A stretch of DNA of 64,000 bases from Candidatus Margulisiibacteriota bacterium (GTDB taxonomy: Bacteria; Margulisbacteria; Marinamargulisbacteria; JBFWNS01), in assembly GCA_050250935.1 (NCBI GenBank), contig JBFWNS010000004.1, positions 124,275 through 188,274 on the forward strand, read 5' to 3'. Numbering within the stretch: the stretch's first letter is position 1; each line of letters opens with the position of its first letter. A program made the position numbers and the translations under genes. Below, in pieces: positions 28,776 to 39,000 of the stretch. The notes under the pieces were generated by a model that ran no database searches, was not told the DNA's origin, and worked only from the letters and a program-made list of their open reading frames with translations.

Positions 28776-29976
28776 GCTCCCCCCAGTCGTTACCTTTGGC
28801 GCAAAATGGGGGCTATTTGGACTCTTGGTTGGTCTTCCGACTGGGGTGTTAACCTATCTGTTTATGGCAGCCCTTCTGCGGGTGACCACCTTTCGCATGG
28901 ATCATCCCTGGATGGTCTTCGGCCTTCCCCTGGCAGGGCTGATTTTAGCCCTTTGTTTTCGGTATTTTGGCAAAGGCACAGAATCGGCTGGGACCCTGGT
29001 TTTTGATGCCATTCACCACGACCCCAAACTGCTGCCCAAACGTCTGATTCCCTTTGTATTCGGGGGATGCTTACTGACCCACGCCTCTGGCGGCTCGGCA
29101 GGCCGAGAAGGGGTGGCCATTCAGATGGGGGCCGGTCTTGCTGAACAATTTGGAAAACTGTTTCGATTGTCGCACAAAGACAGACGCATTTTATTGTTAA
29201 GCGGCATGGCAGCCGGGTTTTCGGGGCTATTCGGAACCCCTTTGACCGCTGTGATTTTCGCCTTGGAAGTGTCCACCATCGGCCAAATCGAGATCTCTGC
29301 CCTTTTGCCCGCTTTGGTGGCCTCGGTGTCGGCCTTTATGGTTTCGGCAGCACTGGGAACAGCCCACTTGCATTTCCCGGCTTTGGACATCCCAGACCTG
29401 TCTTTTCACGCCCTGTCAGGGGTGGGGATTGCCAGCCTTTGTTTTGGGATCCTGGCCTTTGCCTTTACCTTTGGGTTGTCCACGTTTGAAAAAAAATGGG
29501 TGGAGTGGATCCGACGGCCTTTGCTTCGCCCAGTCCTGGGCGGCGCTGTGATTGTGGCGGGCTGGTGGGTTCTTCACACCGATCTCTATTTGGGGTTGGG
29601 CGTGGATGTGATTGGCCAAGCCTTTCAAGAAGACCTGCCCTTGCACACGTTTTTTGGAAAAATGCTGTTTACCATTGTAACCCTGGGATCGGGGTTTAAA
29701 GGCGGCGAAGTGACCCCGTTGTTTTACATCGGTGCAACCCTGGGCAATGCCCTGGCCCCCTTGCTGAACCTGCCTTTTACGTTTTTGGCAGGCTTGGGCT
29801 TTGTGGCCGTATTTGCAGGCTGCACCAACACCCCGCTGGCCTGCACCATTATGGCCATGGAATTGTTTGGCACCGAAATGGGCCTCTATGCCGCTTTGGC
29901 CTGCGTGATTGCCTATTTAATCTCTGGGCAAAAAGGGGTTTATCACGCACAACGGGGACAAAAACCTTTTCTCTAG
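28765..29976 (+). CDS. ClC-family anion channel, probably the fluoride-exporting CLC-F clade
   Basis: GGSAGREG, GFKGGEVTP, YLGLG. Confidence 0.85.
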   Translation: MGNKLPPVVTFGAKWGLFGLLVGLPTGVLTYLFMAALLRVTTFRMDHPWMVFGLPLAGLILALCFRYFGKGTESAGTLVFDAIHHDPKLLPKRLIPFVFGGCLLTHASGGSAGREGVAIQMGAGLAEQFGKLFRLSHKDRRILLLSGMAAGFSGLFGTPLTAVIFALEVSTIGQIEISALLPALVASVSAFMVSAALGTAHLHFPALDIPDLSFHALSGVGIASLCFGILAFAFTFGLSTFEKKWVEWIRRPLLRPVLGGAVIVAGWWVLHTDLYLGLGVDVIGQAFQEDLPLHTFFGKMLFTIVTLGSGFKGGEVTPLFYIGATLGNALAPLLNLPFTFLAGLGFVAVFAGCTNTPLACTIMAMELFGTEMGLYAALACVIAYLISGQKGVYHAQRGQKPFL

Positions 29977-30037
29977 CCCCGTAAGGCTTCAAAAAAATAA
30001 AGGGTTAACCCCATCAAAATGGGGGCATATAGGGACC

Positions 30038-30580
30038 ATGAATTCCATAAAATATGTCCTCCTAGTCAGTATTTTGGGCCTGTGCCTTTATGGTGCCACC
30101 CCCCTTCAAGCCGCGATCGCTTTGGATCAATTCGGGTTTGGATGGGTGGGACAAACGGTAACCGTCGGGTCCACAATCCAATATCTACCGCCGACCAGCG
30201 AATCAACCTTCGTGGTCGATTCCACCGCAACCACCAACCAATTGGCCTTTAACGAAGAAGCCCTTCCCACCGAAGACGCCAAATTCACCGGCCGACTCTT
30301 AAACTACCCCAATCCCTTTTCCTTTAGAGCTGGAACCCAAGTGGGGTATCAGCTGACTGGCCCCATGACCATCGAACTTAAAATCTTTACAATTACCGGT
30401 TATCTGGTCGCCCAAAAAACCTATATGCCTTCCGAAGAAGGTGGCCTTGGCAAATACAACATCGTCAGCATCAACCAAGACACCTTGGGTGGCCAATGGT
30501 TGGCTCCTGGCGTCTACATCTATGCCCTGTTTAGTGAAGGCCGCGTGGTGGCCAAAAACAGAATGGTGGTCATGCCATGA
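30038..30580 (+). CDS. Exported protein with T9SS-CTD/FlgD-Ig-like C-terminal domain
   Basis: Signal peptide; LNYPNPF, KIFTITG..V, LAPGVYIY, RMVVMP. Confidence 0.75.
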   Translation: MNSIKYVLLVSILGLCLYGATPLQAAIALDQFGFGWVGQTVTVGSTIQYLPPTSESTFVVDSTATTNQLAFNEEALPTEDAKFTGRLLNYPNPFSFRAGTQVGYQLTGPMTIELKIFTITGYLVAQKTYMPSEEGGLGKYNIVSINQDTLGGQWLAPGVYIYALFSEGRVVAKNRMVVMP

Positions 30581-31488
30581 AAAAACGACACCTGATTTTC
30601 TTGATGATTTGGCTGATGCCTTCCCTGATCTTGGGCAACCATGTTCAGTTGCTGACTGACCACATTGGCAGCTCTCCCAAAATGATCGCTTTGGGGAATA
30701 TTGAAGGCATGGATTTTGATTCCTCCAGCATCTTCGACAACCCCGCCGCGTTGATGAAAACCCGGCTCTCTGCTGCCTCGATGCAAACCCAGTTGTCGGA
30801 TTCGGAAACCGCCTTTTTGTGTGTCAGTACCAGCGTTCCCTTTTTGAATGGTCACCTGGGTTTTGGGGTTATGAGCATTCAATCCTCGAACCTAGACAAA
30901 ACAGCCATTGGGGACTTTAACCAGTTCTACAGCGCCTCGACCTTTAGCACCACCGATGCCTTGTATTTGGCAGCCTATCAACAACTGCTGGCTCCCAATC
31001 TGTCTGGTGCTGTTACCGTTAAATATGCCGATCAAGATCTATACGAAACCCGAGGCAAAGGCGTGAACGCCGACATTGGGTTTGTGTGGGATCCTGCCCC
31101 ACTTCGGTTGTCCCTAGGATTTAAGAACATTTTGCCCAATTCCCCCATGGTGTATTCCCAAGACCAAACCGCGATTCCCTTTCCTTTCCAAGCCACTTTG
31201 GGAGCCCGCTACCAATGGTCGGACTTGGCGGTCTTGGGCCAGGTGAAATACCACGAAGAAGGCCATTTGATTCTGAAAGCCGCAGCGGTTGAATATGCCC
31301 CTTCTTTTACAACGATGGCCGTTTACGGGGGCTGGAAAGAAATTCCCGTCAGTGCCCACACCTGCCATGCCTATAGCGTGGGAGCCCGGCTGGCCTTGTC
31401 TTCGATTGCGATTTCAGTGTCTTACGAGTTGTCGGATTTCATTGGCGCCGATTCCCGACGCTATATTTCTTTCGACGTTAAACTTTAA
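30577..31488 (+). CDS. PorV/PorQ-like outer-membrane beta-barrel
   Basis: SPKMIALGN, SIFDNPAAL, GVNADIG; translationally coupled to the CTD protein. Confidence 0.7.
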   Translation: MKKRHLIFLMIWLMPSLILGNHVQLLTDHIGSSPKMIALGNIEGMDFDSSSIFDNPAALMKTRLSAASMQTQLSDSETAFLCVSTSVPFLNGHLGFGVMSIQSSNLDKTAIGDFNQFYSASTFSTTDALYLAAYQQLLAPNLSGAVTVKYADQDLYETRGKGVNADIGFVWDPAPLRLSLGFKNILPNSPMVYSQDQTAIPFPFQATLGARYQWSDLAVLGQVKYHEEGHLILKAAAVEYAPSFTTMAVYGGWKEIPVSAHTCHAYSVGARLALSSIAISVSYELSDFIGADSRRYISFDVKL

Positions 31489-32866
31489 GATCTTCCCGGC
31501 CAATCACCAGCAAGGGGTCGCTGTTTTTACAAGCTTCAAAAGACGCCAAAACCAACTCCGAAATCTGGGTCGACAGATTCAAGGTAGAGGCTAGCTTGTC
31601 AATCGATTGGCCTGGATATCGATCGGCTAAAACACCAGCAAGATGGCACATCACCTGGGACATGTGGTGCATCCCCAGTGTAAACAAAATCCAATCGGCA
31701 CGGCGATCGTTGTCCGTTTTGCGATAAACAAAATCGGCCCCAAATTGCCGCCATCCAAAAAAGAAGGCTTGCAGCAACAACAGCGGATTATTCCGAATCA
31801 CATTTCGGCCGCTGGTTGTGGCCATAATGCGGGCAAAAACCGCCCGTGGGCTATGAAGGTCGACCAAGGTTTTCCAGGCACCTTCAGCAACCTGAAGCGT
31901 TAGCCTTGCACCTTGCTGATCATCCAAAGAAACCCGATACCGATGATAGGCAATAAACATAAAGAGCTGCGCAAAAGGCCCCTGATATTTGCTTAAAGGA
32001 TAGGGCAAAGGGGAATCCTCGATTCGCCCAGGATCAAACCACGTTTTTCCGTCTCCCCAGGTCTGATTCAACGGTGTGGGATCGGTTGGCAACAACGAAA
32101 CTGTTTTGGGCTGCAAAAACGACGGAAGAACAGCGTCTTGATACTGGGAAAACAACCGTGGTTGCTGTCTAAAACCCTCTGCCAAAGGTGCTAATGCTGT
32201 TTTCAAAAAAACCTCTCTATTGGGATGGGCTTCTAAAAAAAGAAACAGCGGGTTGGGATACAAAACCCCTTCAATCAAAATCTGACGTTCCATAATCGAA
32301 GGCAAAGCCAGGGCCGCAGAATCCGTTTGAAACAGAGCAAACCGATCCAATACGCGACCAAAAACAACCAAAACAGCCTCATCGTGTGGTGACTTTTGGT
32401 CCTCTAAAAACTGAGCAAAAAGCCGTTCGAGCATCGCACTGGGTTTATCATCGAACACATCAGGAGCAACCTCGCCCCTCATCAAGGCTTCTGCCATTAG
32501 CGGGCCTTCGGCTTTTTCCAAGATCAGCCAAGATTTGCCGTTGGCCACCATGTTCACATATTGCGAATTCAAATGCTTCAAATCTCGAAGGGTTAAATAG
32601 GCTTTGATTTCTTCATCCATACTTCTCAATTTAGAATCGGGCATGGATTTAAAGACATAGTGCGTATCAACCTTCAATTCTCCTGACAACACCAAAGGGT
32701 GATCAGGAAGCGCCTTAAATTCGATAACCGTTGCCCCCGAAGACCCACCTTTGGGCTGAATGACAAAACCCAGTTGGGCAAAACGCAGCATTTCGGCGCC
32801 TTCGTCGCATAAATCGAGCTCTACATGTATAGAAAGGTGTTTATGCAGACACTGGCCTTTTCGCAT
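31478..32866 (-). CDS. Orphan protein with APH/choline-kinase-like motifs, effector candidate
   Basis: YVFKS, EEIKAY, WLILEKAEG, PTDPTPLN, WFDPG. Confidence 0.5.
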   Translation of the reverse strand: MRKGQCLHKHLSIHVELDLCDEGAEMLRFAQLGFVIQPKGGSSGATVIEFKALPDHPLVLSGELKVDTHYVFKSMPDSKLRSMDEEIKAYLTLRDLKHLNSQYVNMVANGKSWLILEKAEGPLMAEALMRGEVAPDVFDDKPSAMLERLFAQFLEDQKSPHDEAVLVVFGRVLDRFALFQTDSAALALPSIMERQILIEGVLYPNPLFLFLEAHPNREVFLKTALAPLAEGFRQQPRLFSQYQDAVLPSFLQPKTVSLLPTDPTPLNQTWGDGKTWFDPGRIEDSPLPYPLSKYQGPFAQLFMFIAYHRYRVSLDDQQGARLTLQVAEGAWKTLVDLHSPRAVFARIMATTSGRNVIRNNPLLLLQAFFFGWRQFGADFVYRKTDNDRRADWILFTLGMHHMSQVMCHLAGVLADRYPGQSIDKLASTLNLSTQISELVLASFEACKNSDPLLVIGREDLKV

Positions 32867-32898
32867 TCGACTTCGGCTCTCCAGTTCGGGTTTTGAAA

Positions 32899-32926
32899 TT
32901 ATCGAAGCAACGTGGAATTAATTGCA
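32899..32926 (-). promoter_or_regulatory. Sigma28-like promoter motif TGCAAT-N16-CGATAA
   Basis: Upstream of the ATG at 32866. Confidence 0.7.
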
Positions 32927-33003
32927 GCAAAACGGCAGTCATTTTTGAATTGGGGGCAAGTTTGGTATAATCCACCATCCTTTTTTAATTGCGGAGTCTG
33001 GAT

Positions 33004-34671
33004 ATGAGCAACGACAAACAAATTATTTTTTCCTTGGTGAACGTCAGCAAATCTTATTCGTCGAACAAAAAAGTGCTTAAAGACATTTACTTGTCGTTTT
33101 ATTACGGCGCAAAAATTGGCATTATCGGCTTAAACGGGTCGGGGAAGTCCACGGTTTTAAAAATCATTGCCGGTTTGGTAGAACCCGATGAAGGCCAAGT
33201 GGTGATTCAGCCCGGCTACAGCGTCGGCTATTTGCCCCAAGACCCAGCCCTAGATCCCGAAAAAACGGTTCTAGAAATCGTGCAAGAAGGCGGCGGCGAA
33301 GCGTTTGCCCTGTTGCAAGAATACGAAAAAATCAACGAAAAACTGGGCGAACCCCTCTCCGAAGACGAAATGACAGCTGTTCTGGAACGCCAAGGCGAAT
33401 TGATTGAACTGTTGGACACCCACAACGCCTGGGAATTGGACACCGTGTTGGCCCGAGCCATGGCGGCTTTGCGCTGCCCGCCTGCGTCTCAAAAAATCGG
33501 AACCTTGTCTGGCGGTGAAAAACGCCGCGTAGCCCTGTGCCGGCTACTGCTCCAAACCCCCGATATTTTGCTTTTAGATGAACCCACCAACCATTTGGAT
33601 GCCGAATCGGTCCAGTGGCTGGAAGAACATTTAAAACGCTACAAAGGCACCGTGATTGCCATTACCCACGACCGCTACTTTTTGGACAACGTGGCCGGTT
33701 GGATTTTGGAACTGGACCGCGGCGAAGGCATTCCCTGGAAAGGCAATTACGCCTCTTGGCTGGACCAAAAAACCAAGCGCTTGGCCAACGAAGAAAAAAC
33801 CGCCTCCAAACGCCGCAAAACCCTGGAACGGGAATTGGAATGGGTTAATTTATCCCCCAAAGCCCGCCAAGCCAAAAGCAAGGCCAGAATCAACGCCTAT
33901 GAAGCCTTGCTGAGCCAAGATGAAAAAGAAAAAGAATCAAATTTGGAAATCGCCATTCCCAACGGCCCCCGTTTGGGCAACACCGTGGTGGAAGCCGAAG
34001 CCCTTCAAAAAGCCTATGGCGACAACCTGCTGTTTAAAGACCTGAATTTTGTGCTGCCACGGTCCGGCATTGTGGGTGTGATTGGCGCCAACGGGGCCGG
34101 TAAAACCACCCTATTTCGCTTGATATTGAACAAAGAAACCACCGATAGCGGCAGTTTAAAAGTGGGCGAAACCGTTCAAATCGGCTATGCCGACCAAGAC
34201 CACAGCGCCATCGACCCCGATAAAACCGTGTTTGAAGTGCTGTCTGGCGATTCCGAGACCATTCAGATTGGCAACAAAAGTGTGAACGCCCGCGCCTATG
34301 CGGCCAAATTCAACTTCTCTGGCTCCGATCAAGAAAAAAAATGCGGGATTCTTTCCGGCGGTGAGCGAAACCGGCTTCATTTGGCCCTCACCCTCAAAGA
34401 AAACGCCAACCTGCTGCTCTTGGACGAACCCACCAACGACATCGACATCAACACCATTCGGGCCCTGGAAGAAGGCTTGGCAAACTTCGCCGGCTGCGCG
34501 GTGATTATTTCCCACGACCGCTGGTTTTTAGACCGGGTGGCCACCCACATTTTGGCCTTTGAAGGCGAGTCTAACGTGGTGTATTACGAAGGCAACTATT
34601 CCGACTACGAAGCCACTAAAAAAAGCCAAGGCGGCGGGAAATTTGTGTATCGGGCGTTGAGGGAAGGCTAG
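33004..34671 (+). CDS. ettA: Energy-dependent translational throttle protein (ABC-F)
   Basis: LSFYYGAKIG, two ABC domains, WILELDRGEGIPWKGNY, RQAKSKAR. Confidence 0.96.
   Translation: MSNDKQIIFSLVNVSKSYSSNKKVLKDIYLSFYYGAKIGIIGLNGSGKSTVLKIIAGLVEPDEGQVVIQPGYSVGYLPQDPALDPEKTVLEIVQEGGGEAFALLQEYEKINEKLGEPLSEDEMTAVLERQGELIELLDTHNAWELDTVLARAMAALRCPPASQKIGTLSGGEKRRVALCRLLLQTPDILLLDEPTNHLDAESVQWLEEHLKRYKGTVIAITHDRYFLDNVAGWILELDRGEGIPWKGNYASWLDQKTKRLANEEKTASKRRKTLERELEWVNLSPKARQAKSKARINAYEALLSQDEKEKESNLEIAIPNGPRLGNTVVEAEALQKAYGDNLLFKDLNFVLPRSGIVGVIGANGAGKTTLFRLILNKETTDSGSLKVGETVQIGYADQDHSAIDPDKTVFEVLSGDSETIQIGNKSVNARAYAAKFNFSGSDQEKKCGILSGGERNRLHLALTLKENANLLLLDEPTNDIDINTIRALEEGLANFAGCAVIISHDRWFLDRVATHILAFEGESNVVYYEGNYSDYEATKKSQGGGKFVYRALREG
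34626..34653 (+). repeat. Direct repeat, copy 1 (ettA 3' end)
   Basis: CCAAGGCGGCGGGAAATTTGTGTATCGG, 25/28 identical to 35821-35848. Confidence 0.8.
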
Positions 34672-34691
34672 GTATTAGAGGGGGGGTTATA

Positions 34692-35747
34692 TCAGCGTGC
34701 AACACCCTTTACCCGGATCATCAGCTGTAAAAGGGCTAAGATTTGATTTGCACTTTGAGAGAACTCGTTACCTGGATAGATTTGTCTAAGCAAACTGGGA
34801 ACCGGATTTGCTGCGACAACAGCAGCCCTAGTATCAGGATCATTAGCAAGGTTGTAAATGGTTTCAACAGAATAGCGTCGGACGGTCTCATCCCAATCGC
34901 CAAAACGCGCAACCAAACTGGGAGCCGCATTCGCTTTAACAACAGCAGCTCTAGTAGCAGGATCACTGGAAAGGTTGCAAATGGTTTCAGCAGCATACCG
35001 TTGGACGATCACATCCGAATCAGGTAAACACCCAACCAAACTGGGAACCCCATTGGCCGCCACAACTGCAGCTCTAGTAGCAGGATCACCGGAAAGGTTG
35101 CAAATGGTTTCAACAGTATACTTTCGGACGGTCGCATCCAAATCAGCTAAACTCCGAACCAAAATGGGAACCACATTGGCCGCCACAACTGCAGCTCTAG
35201 TAGCAGGATTACTGGAAAGGTTGCTAATGGTTTTAATAGCATACTGTTGGACGGTCACATCCGTATCGACAATCAAAGGAACCAAAGCGGGAACCACACC
35301 GGCCGCCATAACTGCATCTCTACCACTAGGATAATAGGAAAGGTTGCAAATGGTTTTAATAGCCCTCTGTCGGACATCCACTCTCGCGTGTTCTAATACG
35401 CCAAACTGAAGCAGCAAATCCAACTTCTCTGACACCAAATTGGCAGCAATATGGGGCCAAAAGTAACAAAAAAAGCCCAATGTTTCTTCCCGTACCCTTG
35501 AAATATACCGCATAGCTTGCCCTTTTGTTTCTTGTTCAGCATCTGTGGGACCGGCATGGGAGTACCCCCTAAAATACAGTTCGTAAATCTGGGTAACCGA
35601 CAGATCATCTACTGCCGCACGGAATGCCCTATTCGTACCTGCAAGACTCAAAAGATCTCTAAGATCCAACCTAGGCACTATCAACCCCAGGAGTTCGTCT
35701 GGCAGATCCGTCACCGTCGTTGTACCAACCGCGATCATTTTTTTCAT
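34692..35747 (-). CDS. F-box plus armadillo/HEAT-repeat protein, eukaryote-like effector candidate
   Basis: F-box TDLPDELLGLIVPRLDLRDLLSLAGTNRAFR; five 41-aa repeats V..YAxxTICNLS.DPATRAAVVAAN.VP.LV. Confidence 0.85.
   Translation of the reverse strand: MKKMIAVGTTTVTDLPDELLGLIVPRLDLRDLLSLAGTNRAFRAAVDDLSVTQIYELYFRGYSHAGPTDAEQETKGQAMRYISRVREETLGFFCYFWPHIAANLVSEKLDLLLQFGVLEHARVDVRQRAIKTICNLSYYPSGRDAVMAAGVVPALVPLIVDTDVTVQQYAIKTISNLSSNPATRAAVVAANVVPILVRSLADLDATVRKYTVETICNLSGDPATRAAVVAANGVPSLVGCLPDSDVIVQRYAAETICNLSSDPATRAAVVKANAAPSLVARFGDWDETVRRYSVETIYNLANDPDTRAAVVAANPVPSLLRQIYPGNEFSQSANQILALLQLMIRVKGVAR
34790..35400 (-). repeat. 123-bp tandem coding repeats (ARM units)
   Basis: CATTGGCCGCCACAACTGCAGCTCTAGTAGCAGGAT at 35051 and 35174 (period 123). 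Confidence 0.9.
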
Positions 35748-35779
35748 TTTTTCCCCCAAGCCCTTACACTTTTGTTTAA

Positions 35780-35807
35780 GTATCGGCTGCAGAGAAAAAA
35801 AATTGCA
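35780..35807 (-). promoter_or_regulatory. Sigma28-like promoter motif TGCAAT-N16-CGATAC (with GCCGATAC)
   Basis: Upstream of the F-box/ARM gene. Confidence 0.72.
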
Positions 35808-35820
35808 AGGATTTCAGAAA

Positions 35821-35848
35821 CCAAGGTGGTGGAAAATTTGTGTATCGG
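35821..35848 (+). repeat. Direct repeat, copy 2 (stranded ettA 3' end)
   Basis: CCAAGGTGGTGGAAAATTTGTGTATCGG; reads QGGGKFVYR and continues LLTKW* in frame. Confidence 0.8.
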
Positions 35849-35875
35849 CTGCTCACAAAGTGGTAAAGTCAGACC

Positions 35876-36076
35876 CTAGTGGGGCATTTTGTCGTAAACC
35901 ACGTTGTCTGGGCTCAAAAAGCCCAACAAAAATTGCACGGCTAGAATGACCAAAAGATACAAGGTCAAGTCCCCCCGGTGTTGTTTTCGAAGGTTGCTTT
36001 CGGCTGTTTTAATATCCAAGACTCTGCCTTGGATAACCGGCGCAGCAGGCAATACAATAAGTTTATAAAGTCTCAT
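35876..36076 (-). CDS. Small hypothetical membrane protein
   Basis: 66-aa ORF with one TM segment, immediately after the 36081 stop. Confidence 0.3.
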   Translation of the reverse strand: MRLYKLIVLPAAPVIQGRVLDIKTAESNLRKQHRGDLTLYLLVILAVQFLLGFLSPDNVVYDKMPH

Positions 36077-36080
36077 TGAA

Positions 36081-39000
36081 TCACGCCCTATTTAGCCACG
36101 CCAGGGCCCGCTTTGCCCGAATATCACCAAAGGCTGCCGCTGCACGGTGAAAAGCAGCTTCCCTGGTAACACTGCGTTTCGGACGGGCTGCTGTCAGTCG
36201 GTCTTCAGCCATTTCCTCAAGATAGGCTTTGATACGTTGAGGCAGCTCAGGAGAATCCAAGGCTATCCGCAAGCGCTTACAAATGGCCAACAGGGTATCA
36301 TCTTCGCTTCGTTTTTCTTGTCTGGCATACTGAGACAGCAACAAACCCGTGGCTTCATCCAAGCTCCGCAAACACTCTTTCATAGACACTTTTTTAAACC
36401 GTTTTTCTCGCCCAAAAGAGGCTTCCGCAAGCTGAGCAGGCGGCGGCATTACATCACTTGTGATGGGGTAAAAAGCACGTTGATGTTTCAAAATAAACGT
36501 TCGAATTAATGCCGCCCAAGCATAAATGGCCTCTGCACAAGCTTGATTTTTCCGATTCCCAAAAAATTGGTCGATGGACTTTTCATAATGAGTAAATTTT
36601 TCTCTATACACTGTTGATACCCGGTTTTTAAAATCCTGTGCACGGCCGGCCTTGAGCAATTCAGAAAGCTGTTGAGACCATGCACAAGCCACTTTAATCG
36701 AAGCTCCCTTTCTTAAATAAGCCGCCACATCAACAGGCTTGGTTACCGCTTCCGCTATCCCATGAGGGATGTGAAACTGTGCCATCAAAGCCTGAATAAA
36801 GTTGCGACGATTTGCCTGAACTTGGGGGGAGTTGAACAAGGATAAAACATTCCCTTCGTCTTGTTCCAAAAATCGTTGATCTTCTCCCATCAATTTCGGG
36901 ACCTGGGAATAGGTTAAGTGGGTGGGCTGTACAGGCAATTGCGTGTTACGAACCAATTCCAAATATTCACTGCCGGGTTTATGCCCAAAAACATCGGCAC
37001 CTACCTGGCCAACATCCTCAAAGCGGTAACATAAGGTAGCCTCGGTTTGATACAAAAACGGCACCCCATCCACAACCATTTCTCGGCGCAAACGAGAATC
37101 CAAACGGTAAATTAAGTTATTGTGACCCGTCTTAAGCCGATATCCAAAACTGAGAACCCCTACCTCATTTTGCTGGACAAAAAAACCTAACGATTCTACG
37201 GATTCTTTGGTTAGTTTGACATCAGAATCCAAGCTCATAAACGTAACCGGTGCCAGACGATGTACTGGCGACAAGCTGTCTTTGGCATGGGCAAACAGGG
37301 TGTTTCGAATATCACCAAACGGAATGCCATCTCCCGATTCAACTTGCCAGGTATACCCAATCATATCCACAGACACCGTGGCCGGATGCTGGGCAATCGC
37401 CGCCTCATCTTCCTCTGCATGATTAAGAACAACGGAATGCCAAAGTCGGTTAAACGATTTTTGACGAACATCCATCCACTTGGAACTGAGTTCCCCTTGA
37501 TTCGCCGCCTGATTAAACCCAACCACCACATGAATATGGGTATTATAAAGCCGAACCAATCGCTTTAAATTTTCTCTGATCAACGATTCATCCCAATCGC
37601 CGGGCCGCATAATCAGTTGTAACACCAAAAGCCGTTGGCCAGTTTCCAAAACAGGAATCGCCGTAGGACAAGACAGGCCAACAGGGGGGTTAACCGAAGC
37701 TTTAAACACAGGTTTAGCCCTCCTTTTTGAAGGCTTTTCAGGTACGGACAACTGCATCGGTTCTCCCAAAACGGGCTCAGGAGCAAGCTCGGCGACACCC
37801 TCGGCAACCAAAGGCGCCTCCACAACCATTGCGTTTTCCGCCTCAGCCAAGTGTTTTAAAACACCCCGATCCACCCGCTGTATTTGCTCAAACAACCACA
37901 TCAATTCGGCAGTCGGGATAGGATACGCATCAAAAAATTCCCCAAGCGTTTCAACACAAAAGGTGGATAAAAAATGATGTTTATCGGTAACGTTACGGCC
38001 CAAGCACATCACCAAATGAAGCCCCATTTCTGCTAAATAGGGGTACTGAATCTCGTATAAATACGCCAACCAAGCCAACGCTTGTTGGGGGGTCGAAATC
38101 CATTTCAACTCGGCATTTAAGGCTTGTCCGGGCAAATAATATTTTTTGACGATCTCCAAGATCACCAGTGGATCTTGAATGCATCGGGGAACCGAAAATT
38201 GCAACTGTCGGCCCAAAGACACTTCAAACGAGTTTCCTCCAGTCCCGCTTAGGCCCAATTGATTTGCATAAGCAACAATCTCATCGAGTTCTTGAACAGA
38301 CTGCACGTGGTTAGCCAATCGCAATAAAAATTTACTTAAAATCTCAGGTCGATCTTCCCAGGCCATCAACAAGGCCAAGCCTTCCGAGGGAACAAATACC
38401 GTCATTAAGTGATCGACATAGCCGTCCCTGGGATCTGTCGCCAAATAAGAAAAAAGTTCTTCAGTTTGTGCCCTGTCTAATCGAAGCAAACACCGTTGGT
38501 AATGCAGGGGCTCAAGATTCGATAGGTGATGTTGCCGACACCAGTTTAAAATTCGGATGGCTTCCCCACGGTCCGATTGGTTCCCCAAACTATCGGCAAT
38601 GGCCATCCAGGTAAACGTATCCGGCCTCAAACCAGCCCGTTCCATCCAAGAAAAAATGGTCTGAATTTGCGTTAAATCGGCCTGTTTAAGGGCCACATTA
38701 TAAGCAATCAGTTCCATATCGCCGGCAAATCGGGTCCGCATCCACTCTAAAATTCGCATCGCCTCTTTTCCATCGGTTTGATTGTTCAAACAATCAACCA
38801 ACGCCTTTACGGTAAAGGAGTCCGGCGCAACACCATCTTCATCCATCCAAGCAAACACTTTTTTGACTTGATCAAAAGAAAGGTGCTTCAAGGTCACCGT
38901 ATAGTGCCCGACCTCGAGTCGATTTTTAAACGTTGCTCTAGCCCATCGAAAAATCAGCATGGCTTCGGCACCGTCGTGTTGGTTATTCAGACAATCCGTT

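Noticed and set aside
35840..35870. Second GCCGATAC on the minus strand as a promoter
   Set aside because: It is part of the duplicated ettA 3' end and has no TG[C/A]AAT at N16
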